Both the position numbers and the translations under genes were made by a program. From Nitrospirota bacterium (GTDB lineage Bacteria > Nitrospirota > Nitrospiria > Nitrospirales > Nitrospiraceae), in assembly GCA_963701855.1 (NCBI GenBank), contig CAVPBK010000004.1, positions 192,001 through 256,000 of the forward strand: 64,000 nt of DNA, written 5' to 3'. Below, one piece after another: positions 19,134 to 28,256 of this stretch (position 1 is the stretch's first letter; every line of letters starts with the position of its first letter). A model generated the notes under the pieces. The model was not told the DNA's origin, ran no database searches, and worked only from the letters and a program-made list of their open reading frames with translations.

Positions 19134-19306
19134 CGTTCTCCTCATAATAGTCGCACAGAGTTGGGCGCTCATTATACCCGGTTCTCGACAGGCTTCAATC
19201 GGCTGACGTGCCAGTCGGCGCAGCTTGCGCGTTTGTCTAGCGTCTTGCGCCGCTTCAGGGCCTATGGTAGGGTACCGTCGCTGCATCTGGAGCGGGGGAA
19301 AGGCCT

Positions 19307-19699
19307 GTGGCCGCAGAACAGGAAGAAGGATTTGTCGTTCGGGATCGGCGGGGCGGGAGTGGACCCGACCGTCCCTCCACCACTTCGCCTGCAGCGGCGG
19401 AGATACAGCCCCACAAGGAGGCGGCACACTCCGATCCACACCAGGGTTCGGGAATTCCCGTCACCTTTTCATCTTTCGTCATTTCACTGGGCAGCTCTTC
19501 AATGATGTTGATGGGGGAACAGCTAGATCCCCAGCAGCCTCCGATGCCGCCGAATCTACCGCAAGCCAAAGACATTATCGACTTGCTCTCGGTCTTGGAA
19601 AACAAGACCACAGGTAATCTCACGACGGAAGAACAAGCGGTGCTGCGGGATATGCTCTACGCCCTTCGGATGAAGTACGTGAGTTTAGCTGCCACGTAG
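19307..19699 (+). CDS. DUF1844-like protein
   Basis: F.V.DRR N-terminus and AKDIIDLLSVLENKTTGNLT.EE...L...LY.LRMKYV. Confidence 0.85.
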   Translation: MAAEQEEGFVVRDRRGGSGPDRPSTTSPAAAEIQPHKEAAHSDPHQGSGIPVTFSSFVISLGSSSMMLMGEQLDPQQPPMPPNLPQAKDIIDLLSVLENKTTGNLTTEEQAVLRDMLYALRMKYVSLAAT

Positions 19700-19832
19700 T
19701 CGTACCCCCTGCCGCCGGCCGACCCCAGACCTGTCTGTCAGCCACCGTGGTTGATGCGACGGGGGGGAGACACTTGCCTGATTCGGTGAACGTGAGTAGT
19801 CTGTCCTCCATATATTATCGTAGCGCCGACAA

Positions 19833-22190
19833 TTGGAAATGCCGGATGTGAGTGATATCAAGAAAGACACAGGCTCTCTTTCCGGGGCAAAAACGAACCG
19901 TGGTTCCATGACCAGGAGCGCACCACCTTTTGCTGAGAACAGCCGTTCTTCACGGCTATCCGGACCTACTACGGAGCCGGAACGCGGGAAGATGCATTTG
20001 CGGCCAGTCTGGATCGTCCTCATTCTGCTGATTCCCTGTTTAGCGCTGACCTTCTACTACTCTCAGGTCGTGGCTCCGAGTGGCGAGGACACAGATTCCT
20101 TTCTGCCGACGACCAGCTACGCATTCGTGCTCCTGCTGCTCAATCTCGATCTGATCGGGTTTGTGGTCCTGATGCTCCTGCTCTCCCGCAACCTCATCAA
20201 GGCCTATTTCGAGCGGCGGCATCGACTATTTGGGTCGGGATTTCGGACAAAATTGGTGGCGGCCTTCATCGGCTTTTCACTCATCCCGACAGTACTCCTT
20301 GCTCTGGTCGCGAGCGGGCTGGTGAATAAGGCCGTGGATGTGTGGTTCAGCGATCAGATTGAGCAGGTGATGCGGGACTCTTATGACGTGGCAAGAATGC
20401 AGCATGCCGGCCATATTACCCTGGCTGTAAACAGTGCCAGAGCCATCAGCCATGAAATCTATCGGGAAGACATGCTGCTGGCAGCACAACGCGATCTGCT
20501 GGTGGCTGCAATGGCGCGTAAACGGGCAGAATTCGGTGTGGCAGGGATTGAAGTCTTTTCAGCCAAAATGGAAACACTCACCAAGGCATTGGATCTCGAC
20601 GTGCCCTCATCGGCTCTCGATCTGCCGATCGGCCAGCTGGTACTCCAAGTCATCAATGGGAAGCATGAAGTGAATGCGGTGCAGGAGGCTCAAACCGGAC
20701 GTTTGGTGCGGGCTGCGGCCCCCATCGCCGCGAGCGGACGGGCCGGCGAGATCGGCGGCGTCGTCGTCGTCGAGGCCTACGTGCCTGAATCGTTGCTGGC
20801 AAAAATGGAAGGGATCGGCCATCAGTACGACGAGTATAAGCAAACCAAGGCCATGAAAAATCCGATCAAGGCTGGGGCCTATCTCTTCGTTGCCGTCATC
20901 ACGGTGCTCATTTTGTTCGGGGCGACCTGGTTTGGGTTTTATGTCGCACGAAGCATCACGGTGCCGATTCAACGGCTGGCCGAAGCGACAGAGGCCATTG
21001 CCCAAGGGGATCTCTCTGTTCGTATCGAAGCCAAGGCAACCGATGAAATCGGCACGTTGATCGATTCGTTCAACCGCATGACGTCGGATCTGCAAGGGAG
21101 TAAGTCCGAGATCGAAGAGGCCAACATCTCGTTGCGCCACAGCAATCTTGAACTCGATCGCCGTCGCGCCTACATTGAGACAGTCGTCGAAACAATCGCC
21201 GCGGGCTTGCTCTCTATCGACAAGAATGGACTGATCATGAATTTCAATCCGTCCGGTGAACGGATCCTTGGGCTTACAGCGGATCGATTTCGTAGCCGAC
21301 CGGCCAATGAGGTGTTTAAAGAGTTTAAACTCGATCTGTTCCAGACGGTCTACGATCGGATGTTGGCCGATCAGCGCGATACGCTGACGCTTGAGGGCCC
21401 GATGGAGATCGACGGCAGATTCTTGACCATCGGACTTCACGGGTCCCGTATGAAGGATGAAGCAAGTAAGGACCTCGGTATCGTGCTGGTGTTTGAAGAT
21501 CTCACAGAGTTGATCAAAGCTCAAAAAGTGGCGGCGTGGCAAGAGGTGGCGCGGCGGGTGGCGCACGAAATTAAGAACCCGTTGACGCCCATCCAATTGT
21601 CCGCACAACGGTTGCGCAAAAAGTTCTACGAGAAGTCGCCGGATTTCGAGACGATCTTCGACGAAGCCACCAACGTGATCATCAACGAAGTGACGAGTCT
21701 CAAGCATATGGTCGACGAATTTTCGAAATTTGCCCGCCTGCCGACTCCGCAGATGGCGCATCAGTCGCTCCACGATGTGATCAACGAAGTCACGGCGCTC
21801 TATCGAGAGGCTCACAAGGATGTGGAGCTGATCCTGACGCTGGACGAAGACCTCCCGTTGCTCAATTTCGACCGTGAACAGCTCAAGCGGGTGATGGTCA
21901 ATCTGCTGGACAACGCGATTCAAGCGATGCAACAGAAAGGGCGAGTGTGGCTCTCGACGAAGTACGATACGAAGCGTCGGCGGGCCGTGGTGAGCGTGGC
22001 AGATGAGGGCCCGGGCATTGCGCCGGAAGACCGGGAAAAACTGTTTGTGCCATACTTCACGCGGAAAAAGACGGGAACGGGGCTGGGATTGGCAATCGTG
22101 CGGCGGATCATTACCGATCACGAGGGGCAAATTCATGCGAGCCAGAATCAGCCCAAAGGGGCCGTGTTCACGTTCGAATTACCGGTCTAG
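19833..22190 (+). CDS. ntrY: NtrY-like sensor histidine kinase (TM, HAMP, PAS, HisKA, HATPase)
   Basis: AWQEVARRVAHEIKNPLTPIQLSAQRL, NLLDNA, DEGPGI, GTGLGL; exact start uncertain. Confidence 0.9.
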   Translation: MEMPDVSDIKKDTGSLSGAKTNRGSMTRSAPPFAENSRSSRLSGPTTEPERGKMHLRPVWIVLILLIPCLALTFYYSQVVAPSGEDTDSFLPTTSYAFVLLLLNLDLIGFVVLMLLLSRNLIKAYFERRHRLFGSGFRTKLVAAFIGFSLIPTVLLALVASGLVNKAVDVWFSDQIEQVMRDSYDVARMQHAGHITLAVNSARAISHEIYREDMLLAAQRDLLVAAMARKRAEFGVAGIEVFSAKMETLTKALDLDVPSSALDLPIGQLVLQVINGKHEVNAVQEAQTGRLVRAAAPIAASGRAGEIGGVVVVEAYVPESLLAKMEGIGHQYDEYKQTKAMKNPIKAGAYLFVAVITVLILFGATWFGFYVARSITVPIQRLAEATEAIAQGDLSVRIEAKATDEIGTLIDSFNRMTSDLQGSKSEIEEANISLRHSNLELDRRRAYIETVVETIAAGLLSIDKNGLIMNFNPSGERILGLTADRFRSRPANEVFKEFKLDLFQTVYDRMLADQRDTLTLEGPMEIDGRFLTIGLHGSRMKDEASKDLGIVLVFEDLTELIKAQKVAAWQEVARRVAHEIKNPLTPIQLSAQRLRKKFYEKSPDFETIFDEATNVIINEVTSLKHMVDEFSKFARLPTPQMAHQSLHDVINEVTALYREAHKDVELILTLDEDLPLLNFDREQLKRVMVNLLDNAIQAMQQKGRVWLSTKYDTKRRRAVVSVADEGPGIAPEDREKLFVPYFTRKKTGTGLGLAIVRRIITDHEGQIHASQNQPKGAVFTFELPV

Positions 22191-22289
22191 CACAGAGGTC
22201 AATCATCACTCGTCAATGATCAATCCAAAAAGCGAGCTGGAGATCAAGGCACAGTTGACGCTTTACGTTTCACGTTTTATGGGGGATTC

Positions 22290-23684
22290 ATGTCTGCATC
22301 GATCTTAATTGTGGATGACGAAGAGCCGATTCTCACATCCTTGAGCAGTATTCTACGGGATGAAGGGTATGAAGTAGCGGTGGCCAAGAACGGCGTGGAG
22401 GCGTTGCGCGTCTACACCATGGATCCGCCCGACCTCATGCTCCTCGACATCTGGATGCCGGAAATGGACGGCATGGAAACCTTGCGCCGAGTTCGTGAGT
22501 TGGTGCCGACCGCACAGGTGATGATGATGTCTGGGCACGGCTCGATCGAAACGGCGGTCAAGGCGATCAAGCTGGGGGCCTATGATTATATCGAAAAGCC
22601 CCTGTCGCTCGAAAATGTCACGCTGCGTGTGAAGCATGCCTTGGATCAACACCGGTTGGAACAAGAGAACCGGACGCTCCGAACCACGGTCCAGCGGAAG
22701 TTTGAGTTGGTGGGACAGTCGCCTGCGATGCAGTATTTGCGGCAACTGATCGAGACAGCCGGGCCGACTAATAGCCGCGTGTTGATCGGAGGAGAGAACG
22801 GGACAGGAAAGGAACTTGTTGCGCGGGCGATCCATCTGCAAAGCGCACGGGCCAGCCGGCCGTTTGTGGCGGTGAACTGTGCGGCTATCCCGGAGACCTT
22901 GATCGAGAGTGAGCTGTTCGGACACGAAAAGGGCTCCTTCACCGGTGCAACGTCGATGAAACGCGGGCAGTTCGAGCAGGCGGACGGAGGCACGTTGTTT
23001 CTCGATGAAATCGCCGACATGAGCTTGAGCACCCAGGCGAAGGTATTGCGGGCCCTCCAGGAACAGCAATTCACTCGTGTCGGGGGAACCAAGCTCATGA
23101 AGGTAGATGTTCGGGTGTTAGCCGCGTCCAATAAGGATTTGCTCAAGGAAATCGAGAAAGGCGCATTTCGCGATGATCTCTTCTACCGGCTGAATGTGGT
23201 GCCGATTATCGTACCGCCGCTCAGGGAGCGTCGGGAAGACATCCCGCTCCTCGTTCGCCACTTCATGAAGGTCCATGCAGAAGAGCAGGGGTTGCGGATG
23301 AAAGAGATCTCGCCGGAGGCGATGGTGGTGTTTCAACACTATGACTGGCCGGGGAATATTCGAGAATTGCGGAACCTGATCGAACGATTGATGATCATGG
23401 TGCCGGGACCCGTCATCGATCCAGCGCAAGCGGGTCTTTCCTTACAGGCGCGTCCAACTGGGCCGGCGTCCCAATCTGCGATTCCCATAGCCAATCCACT
23501 TTTCACGCAGTCGTATGACTCGCTCAGAGACGCCCGCAATGCATTTGAAAAGGACTATATCGCGAGAAAGTTACGTGAGCATCATTGGAACATATCCCGC
23601 ACGGCTGAAGAGTTGAAAATCGAACGAAGTCATCTCCATCGGAAAATCAAGTTGCTGGATGTGGAGATGCGGCCGGAGGGATAG
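22290..23684 (+). CDS. ntrX: NtrX-like sigma54-family response regulator
   Basis: Receiver domain LDIWM, GENGTGKE, GSFTGA, FLDEI, C-terminal HTH. Confidence 0.9.
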   Translation: MSASILIVDDEEPILTSLSSILRDEGYEVAVAKNGVEALRVYTMDPPDLMLLDIWMPEMDGMETLRRVRELVPTAQVMMMSGHGSIETAVKAIKLGAYDYIEKPLSLENVTLRVKHALDQHRLEQENRTLRTTVQRKFELVGQSPAMQYLRQLIETAGPTNSRVLIGGENGTGKELVARAIHLQSARASRPFVAVNCAAIPETLIESELFGHEKGSFTGATSMKRGQFEQADGGTLFLDEIADMSLSTQAKVLRALQEQQFTRVGGTKLMKVDVRVLAASNKDLLKEIEKGAFRDDLFYRLNVVPIIVPPLRERREDIPLLVRHFMKVHAEEQGLRMKEISPEAMVVFQHYDWPGNIRELRNLIERLMIMVPGPVIDPAQAGLSLQARPTGPASQSAIPIANPLFTQSYDSLRDARNAFEKDYIARKLREHHWNISRTAEELKIERSHLHRKIKLLDVEMRPEG

Positions 23685-23687
23685 CGG

Positions 23688-23885
23688 GGATGGCGAAACG
23701 GTTAGGACGGCCTCCATGCTCGCAAAGCCCCTACGATAAAGAGTAGTCGCTCGATCCACGCAGTAGAAACCACCCCAGCCGCCTTGCCATTCAAGCAGAA
23801 TTTGAGCAACGCCCCGACTTTTTGTTCTCAGCCTTAACCTGAGCCTAAACCTTCCATACACGCTGGCGGATCTTTTCAGCATCCC
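23688..23885. repeat. Degenerate member of the repeat family (hairpin module on - strand, hexamer run, right end)
   Basis: Core ACTGCGTGGATCGAGCGA...GCGAGCA on the - strand inside a 28-position stem; right-end-like CGCTGGCGGATCTTTTCAGCATCC at 23861-23884. Confidence 0.7.
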
Positions 23886-23939
23886 ACCGGTGTTCGCGCG
23901 TTGACCACGGCAATAGCCCTCCGCTAAGATGCGCACCCT

Positions 23940-24977
23940 ATGACAACCTATCGAGATGCCGGAGTCGATATCGATGCGGGTGACGAGTTCGTCGACCGGA
24001 TTTCACCACTGGTGCGATCCACGTTCCGTCCGGAAGTCCTGACGGACCTCGGCGGATTCGGTGGATTGTTTAAGCTGCAGGCCCATCGCTATGCCGAACC
24101 AGTCCTTGTCTCCGGCACGGATGGAGTCGGAACGAAATTGAAGATCGCCTTCCTCACGGATCGTCACGATACCGTCGGAATCGATCTGGTGGCCATGTGT
24201 GTCAACGACATTGTGGTCAGCGGGGCCGAACCCCTGTTCTTTTTGGATTATTTCGCAACGGGAAAGCTTGCCGTCCCCAAGGCTGAGTCCGTGCTCAAGG
24301 GAATCGCCGAAGGCTGTCGCCAGGCCGGCTGCGCCTTGATCGGTGGGGAAACCGCCGAGATGCCCTCCTTCTATGCAGAGGGCGAGTATGACCTGGCTGG
24401 GTTCGCCGTCGGAGTGGTGGATCGGCCTAAGATCATCGATGGCCGCAGCATTGTGCCAGGCGATGTCCTGATTGGATTGGCTTCTACCGGTCTTCATAGC
24501 AACGGCTATTCGTTGGCACGCCGTGTCTTGTTGGATCAGGCACAACTCAGCGTGACTAGTCGCCTGACTGATCTCGATCAGCCACTTGGGGACGTCTTGC
24601 TGACTCCGACCAGAATTTACGCCAAACAGATTCTCACCTTGATCCAGGAATATCCCATCAAAGGCATTGCCCATATCACCGGCGGGGGCATTACCGAGAA
24701 TCTCCCGCGAGTATTTCCCTCCGGCTTGCGGGCACAGGTGCGGCGAAGTGCCTGGTCCGTGCCACCTATTTTCCAAGCGATTGCACGGATTGGACAGGTC
24801 GAGCGTGAGGAGATGTATCGCGTTTTCAACATGGGAATTGGGTTGATTCTCGTGGCGCCGGCAGCAGTCGCCCAGTCTATCGTCGCGCGTGCCACATCGT
24901 TGGGCGATCCGGCTTGCCAAATCGGGACCATGATCTCATCGATCGACGGGGAGGCATTGGTGGAGTATGTCGACTAA
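23940..24977 (+). CDS. purM: Phosphoribosylformylglycinamidine cyclo-ligase
   Basis: YRDAGVDI, GTDGVGTK, GGETAEMP, GLHSNGYSL, AHITGGG, FNMGIG. Confidence 0.98.
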   Translation: MTTYRDAGVDIDAGDEFVDRISPLVRSTFRPEVLTDLGGFGGLFKLQAHRYAEPVLVSGTDGVGTKLKIAFLTDRHDTVGIDLVAMCVNDIVVSGAEPLFFLDYFATGKLAVPKAESVLKGIAEGCRQAGCALIGGETAEMPSFYAEGEYDLAGFAVGVVDRPKIIDGRSIVPGDVLIGLASTGLHSNGYSLARRVLLDQAQLSVTSRLTDLDQPLGDVLLTPTRIYAKQILTLIQEYPIKGIAHITGGGITENLPRVFPSGLRAQVRRSAWSVPPIFQAIARIGQVEREEMYRVFNMGIGLILVAPAAVAQSIVARATSLGDPACQIGTMISSIDGEALVEYVD

Positions 24978-25641
24978 GCGAACGGATGCGCTGCGAGTCG
25001 CCGTGTTGGCATCCGGACGCGGATCGAATCTTCAGGCGGTCATCGACGCGATCGAAGCGGGGACGGTCTATTCAAAGATTGTCGCCGTTATCAGCAACAA
25101 GAAAGACGCCCCAGCATTAGATCGCGCCCGCCGACAGGGACTCTCCGGTCTCTTCGTCGATCCCAAGCCCTATGCAGGTAGACCCGACAGCCGTGAGGCC
25201 TACGATCGCGAACTACTCAATGTGCTTCGGCAGCATGATGTGGAGTTGGTGTTACTAGCCGGGTACATGAAAATTGTGACCCGTGTCCTGGTTGAGGCCT
25301 TTGCAAATCGCATGATGAACATCCATCCGTCTCTGTTGCCTTCTTTTCCAGGGTTGGATGTGCATAAGAAGGCAATCGAATGGGGGTGCAAACTTTCCGG
25401 ATGTACGGTCCACTTTGTGACGGAAGGCATGGATGAAGGGCCGATCATTCTTCAAGCGGCGGTGCCGATTCTCGATGATGACACTCCCGACACACTGGCC
25501 GCTCGAATTCTTGATCAAGAGCACAAGATCTACCCGCGAGCAGTCCAGCTTTTTGCCGAGGGGCGCCTGCGGGTTGAGGAGCGCCGAGTATTCATCGAGG
25601 CTGGAAAGCCGGAGGGTGAGTCGGTGATCAGCCCGTCATAG
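24967..25641 (+). CDS. purN: Phosphoribosylglycinamide formyltransferase
   Basis: SGRGSNLQA, LAGYMKI, NIHPSLLP, GCTVHFV, DEGPII, EH. Confidence 0.98.
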   Translation: MSTKRTDALRVAVLASGRGSNLQAVIDAIEAGTVYSKIVAVISNKKDAPALDRARRQGLSGLFVDPKPYAGRPDSREAYDRELLNVLRQHDVELVLLAGYMKIVTRVLVEAFANRMMNIHPSLLPSFPGLDVHKKAIEWGCKLSGCTVHFVTEGMDEGPIILQAAVPILDDDTPDTLAARILDQEHKIYPRAVQLFAEGRLRVEERRVFIEAGKPEGESVISPS

Positions 25642-25810
25642 CGTTACGCGCAGGCAGGAAGAGGTCAAGACTGAGGCTGCGCGAGGAGAATTATATTTTC
25701 TCAGCCTCGGCATAGGCCTCGACCTGTTTCGGCTAGAGACTCAAGAAACGGTCGTGTATAATATGATCGATGGTGAGGCGCTCGTCTCTCCTGTTGAATG
25801 TCGATCGAGT

Positions 25811-25886
25811 GGGGGGCTAGCTCAGTTGGGAGAGCACTACGTTCGCAACGTAGGGGTCGGGGGTTCAACTCCCCTGCCCTCCACCA
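25811..25886 (+). tRNA. tRNA-Ala (anticodon CGC)
   Basis: 76-nt cloverleaf with G3.U70 identity pair, anticodon arm CTACG-TTCGCAA-CGTAG, GGTTCAA T-arm and encoded CCA. Confidence 0.97.
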
Positions 25887-25892
25887 AAATAC

Positions 25893-25916
25893 CACAGTAT
25901 ACCTAGGTATACTGTG
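25893..25916. repeat. Perfect 24-bp palindrome just 3' of the tRNA
   Basis: CACAGTATACCTAGGTATACTGTG. Confidence 0.9.
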
Positions 25917-25996
25917 AGTCATTCGAAGTGGCCTATTTCCGAAAGAGGAGAGTCGTCAGTCAGCACGGCGATCATCCCTGAGATCCTGTGACCACC

Positions 25997-26911
25997 TCAC
26001 GGTGTCCCTTCCTGCACGGTCACATTGGCCCGCCCGATCTCGGTTGTCGTGCCTTCCAGGTAGAACACGAACTCCACCTTATGCGAGCCAGTGCCGAACC
26101 GCCCCGTCGTCGCCGTCAGGCCATTGTCATTAGGGAAGCCATAGGGTGCGTCATGTTCGACATGATGGACGACCCCATCTAAGAGAACCGTCGCCATAAC
26201 ATCCCGGAAATCGGTTGTAGACCCCTCCACACCCCACATACCGGCGGCAGGAAAGCCCACGACCGTCAAATTCACGTTCCTCATCGCGGGAGGCGGCGGG
26301 GGCGCAGACGGGTCCCCTTCCTGCACGTTCACATTGGCCCGCCCGATCTCGGTTGTCGTGCCTTCCAGGTAGAACACGAACTCCACCTTATGCGAGCCAG
26401 TGCCGAACCGCCCCGTCGTCGCCGTCAGGCCATTGTCATTAGGGAAGCCATAGGGTGCGTCATGTTCGACATGATGGACGACCCCATCCAAGAACACCGT
26501 CGCCATAACATTCCGGAGGTCGGTCGTGTCCCCTTCCACACCCCACATACCAGCGGCAGGATTACCCACGACTGTGAGCCTCACTGTCGTCATAGGGGGT
26601 GGGGACGGGGGCGAAGACCCGACGGGAGTAAAGGTCGCGAGGTTGCTAATACCCGACTCATTGTTGGTCGAGTCATATGCGGTAATAAAATAATAGTGAG
26701 TGATTGCCGGTGTTCCAATATCGAAACTAGTCCCCGTTCCTAATGTGATGAGAAGAGTCCCGGACGATTTGATACAGGGCAGGAGACTGCATTGATAGAT
26801 ACGATAGCCCGCCAGATCCGGTTCACTATTGGAATTCCAGGTCAACGTGGCACCCCACGCACTACTAGACGAGAACATCAGAAAACACGCGATGGCTCTT
26901 ATCCAGTTCAT
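25997..26911 (-). CDS. Secreted protein: fibronectin-III-like domain plus two tandem ~95-aa beta domains
   Basis: Signal peptide, LTWNSNSEPDLAGYRIY...YYFITAYD..NES, Pro-rich linkers and a duplicated domain; AGGAG RBS. Confidence 0.85.
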   Translation of the reverse strand: MNWIRAIACFLMFSSSSAWGATLTWNSNSEPDLAGYRIYQCSLLPCIKSSGTLLITLGTGTSFDIGTPAITHYYFITAYDSTNNESGISNLATFTPVGSSPPSPPPMTTVRLTVVGNPAAGMWGVEGDTTDLRNVMATVFLDGVVHHVEHDAPYGFPNDNGLTATTGRFGTGSHKVEFVFYLEGTTTEIGRANVNVQEGDPSAPPPPPAMRNVNLTVVGFPAAGMWGVEGSTTDFRDVMATVLLDGVVHHVEHDAPYGFPNDNGLTATTGRFGTGSHKVEFVFYLEGTTTEIGRANVTVQEGTP

Positions 26912-27073
26912 TCGGACACTCCTATAGGTATGTGCTCACCGGCAGTAGGCACACCAGTCTCGGAGAAGCCAACTTCTCGCGAACAAGTGCCTCTGTCGGA
27001 TTGCAGAACTGACTCCGTCAACCGAGGAGAGATTGAAGAGGGCAATCGTTTACCTCTTCACTGTGGTAATTAC

Positions 27074-27088
27074 GCAAGGTGCGTGCCG
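27074..27088 (-). promoter_or_regulatory. Candidate sigma54 -24/-12 promoter
   Basis: The - strand reads CGGCAC-GCACC-TTGC with exact spacing, about 160 nt upstream of the Fn3 gene start. Confidence 0.6.
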
Positions 27089-27301
27089 TCGCAGGCGGAG
27101 GATGGTCAGAGCAAAAGCCCTGGAAATGAGCTATGGCGAGCGAAATACTGATGGTGGTGTGCTGGGAAACTGTAGGAGACGGGAGCAGATTATTCAGGCA
27201 ATGCTAGCATTTCTCGGAGGATAGACACTGCAGTCGGTTGCCTTCAGATACGACAGTGAAGAATGATACGGAGGTAATCGGTTAATAAACCCGTCACGAC
27301 A

Positions 27302-27337
27302 TAACAAAACCCCCAGAAGCCGTGCCTGCTGGGGGTT
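27302..27337 (-). terminator. Candidate intrinsic terminator
   Basis: On the - strand, hairpin AACCCCCAG..CTGGGGGTT followed by TTGTTAT. Confidence 0.5.
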
Positions 27338-27941
27338 CATGCGATCAGCGCGAGCGTGTGAATTTCAAAAGAAAGCGCGTCGGTTAACGACGGTAGGAAC
27401 CCCTGTGGGTGCCCAACCCTCAAGGATTAAAAATGAATGGAGATTGAGACAGACCACTGTCTTGATTTGGAATGGGCGCGGGTGAGCAAGATTTGATGGC
27501 AGTCCCACTTCGGAGAGAGAGACTTTCCAGTGAGGACCCCTTGGCGATACTAGGACCAAAGGGGTGTTCCTCTTGTGATACGATCGGATTGGTAGGCGTT
27601 CCCAGTTGATCACCAGACAACGCCCGTTGATTCAGATCTGACTCTTTTTTTGTGATGCCTCGACGGGGTAAGTGACAGATAGACATCGCGGGATGGCAGT
27701 TCTGGCGAGAGGTCGGAATTGGTGAGTTTTTGTGGTCCCAGTCGCCGTACTCCCGTGGAGCCAGTGCATCCGGCGAAAGGCAAAGCCCCACGAGTACGAC
27801 AACTGCAATTCCATCCATTTAACAACATTGTCTCCTTCACCTAACGATCCGTCAACGGATAGACTCTTTTTTCCTTTCTTCCCTTCGCGGTGTTCGCAGC
27901 GGCACACGAATCGTGGGGTAAAATAAATCAGGTAGCGGGCA

Positions 27942-27975
27942 CCCTCCACCAAAATAGCATTAACTACCTAGGTAT
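27942..27975 (+). repeat. att-like copy of the tRNA 3' end and its flank
   Basis: CCCTCCACCAAAATA-N8-TACCTAGGTAT, an ungapped match to 25877-25910. Confidence 0.85.
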
Positions 27976-28256
27976 TATATTACCATTCCGCTTCAAAGAA
28001 AAACCAGACGTTGTTGGCCTTATTTTCGAGGCGGAGTTCGTCAAGACCTCGCTGAAACAGAAATACGGAATCACAGACTGATCTAGCATCTTACCCTCTT
28101 CTTCCTGATTGACTATTGCCATACGCCGGTGTATGAGCTATCCGAATCAAATACCTGTGTGCGATAGATGGCTGAAAGGGAACGAATGACCATGAGCGAC
28201 CACACATGAGAAGCAGTTTGACTTTCCGTGTCATACACACACCAAAGGAGGCGACG

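Noticed and set aside
19373..19382. CCCTCCACCA match to the tRNA end
   Set aside because: Only 10 bp, inside a core CDS upstream of the tRNA; likely chance.
19134..19439. ORF-track N-terminal extensions of mazG (similarly for the helicase, BON, zwf and 17642 genes)
   Set aside because: They overlap neighbouring genes or repeats, and better downstream starts exist.
20607..22136. Long antisense ORFs (also 47806-49230, 55227-56705, 14500-15567)
   Set aside because: Shadows of GC-rich genes on the opposite strand with no recognisable motifs.
26006..26590. DGR template/variable repeat pair
   Set aside because: Both copies are in-frame coding domains, mismatches are not adenine-specific, and there is no reverse transcriptase.
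27765..27810. c-di-GMP-I riboswitch-like words (CGAAAG, GCAAAGCC)
   Set aside because: The required P1/P2/P3 pairing could not be built.
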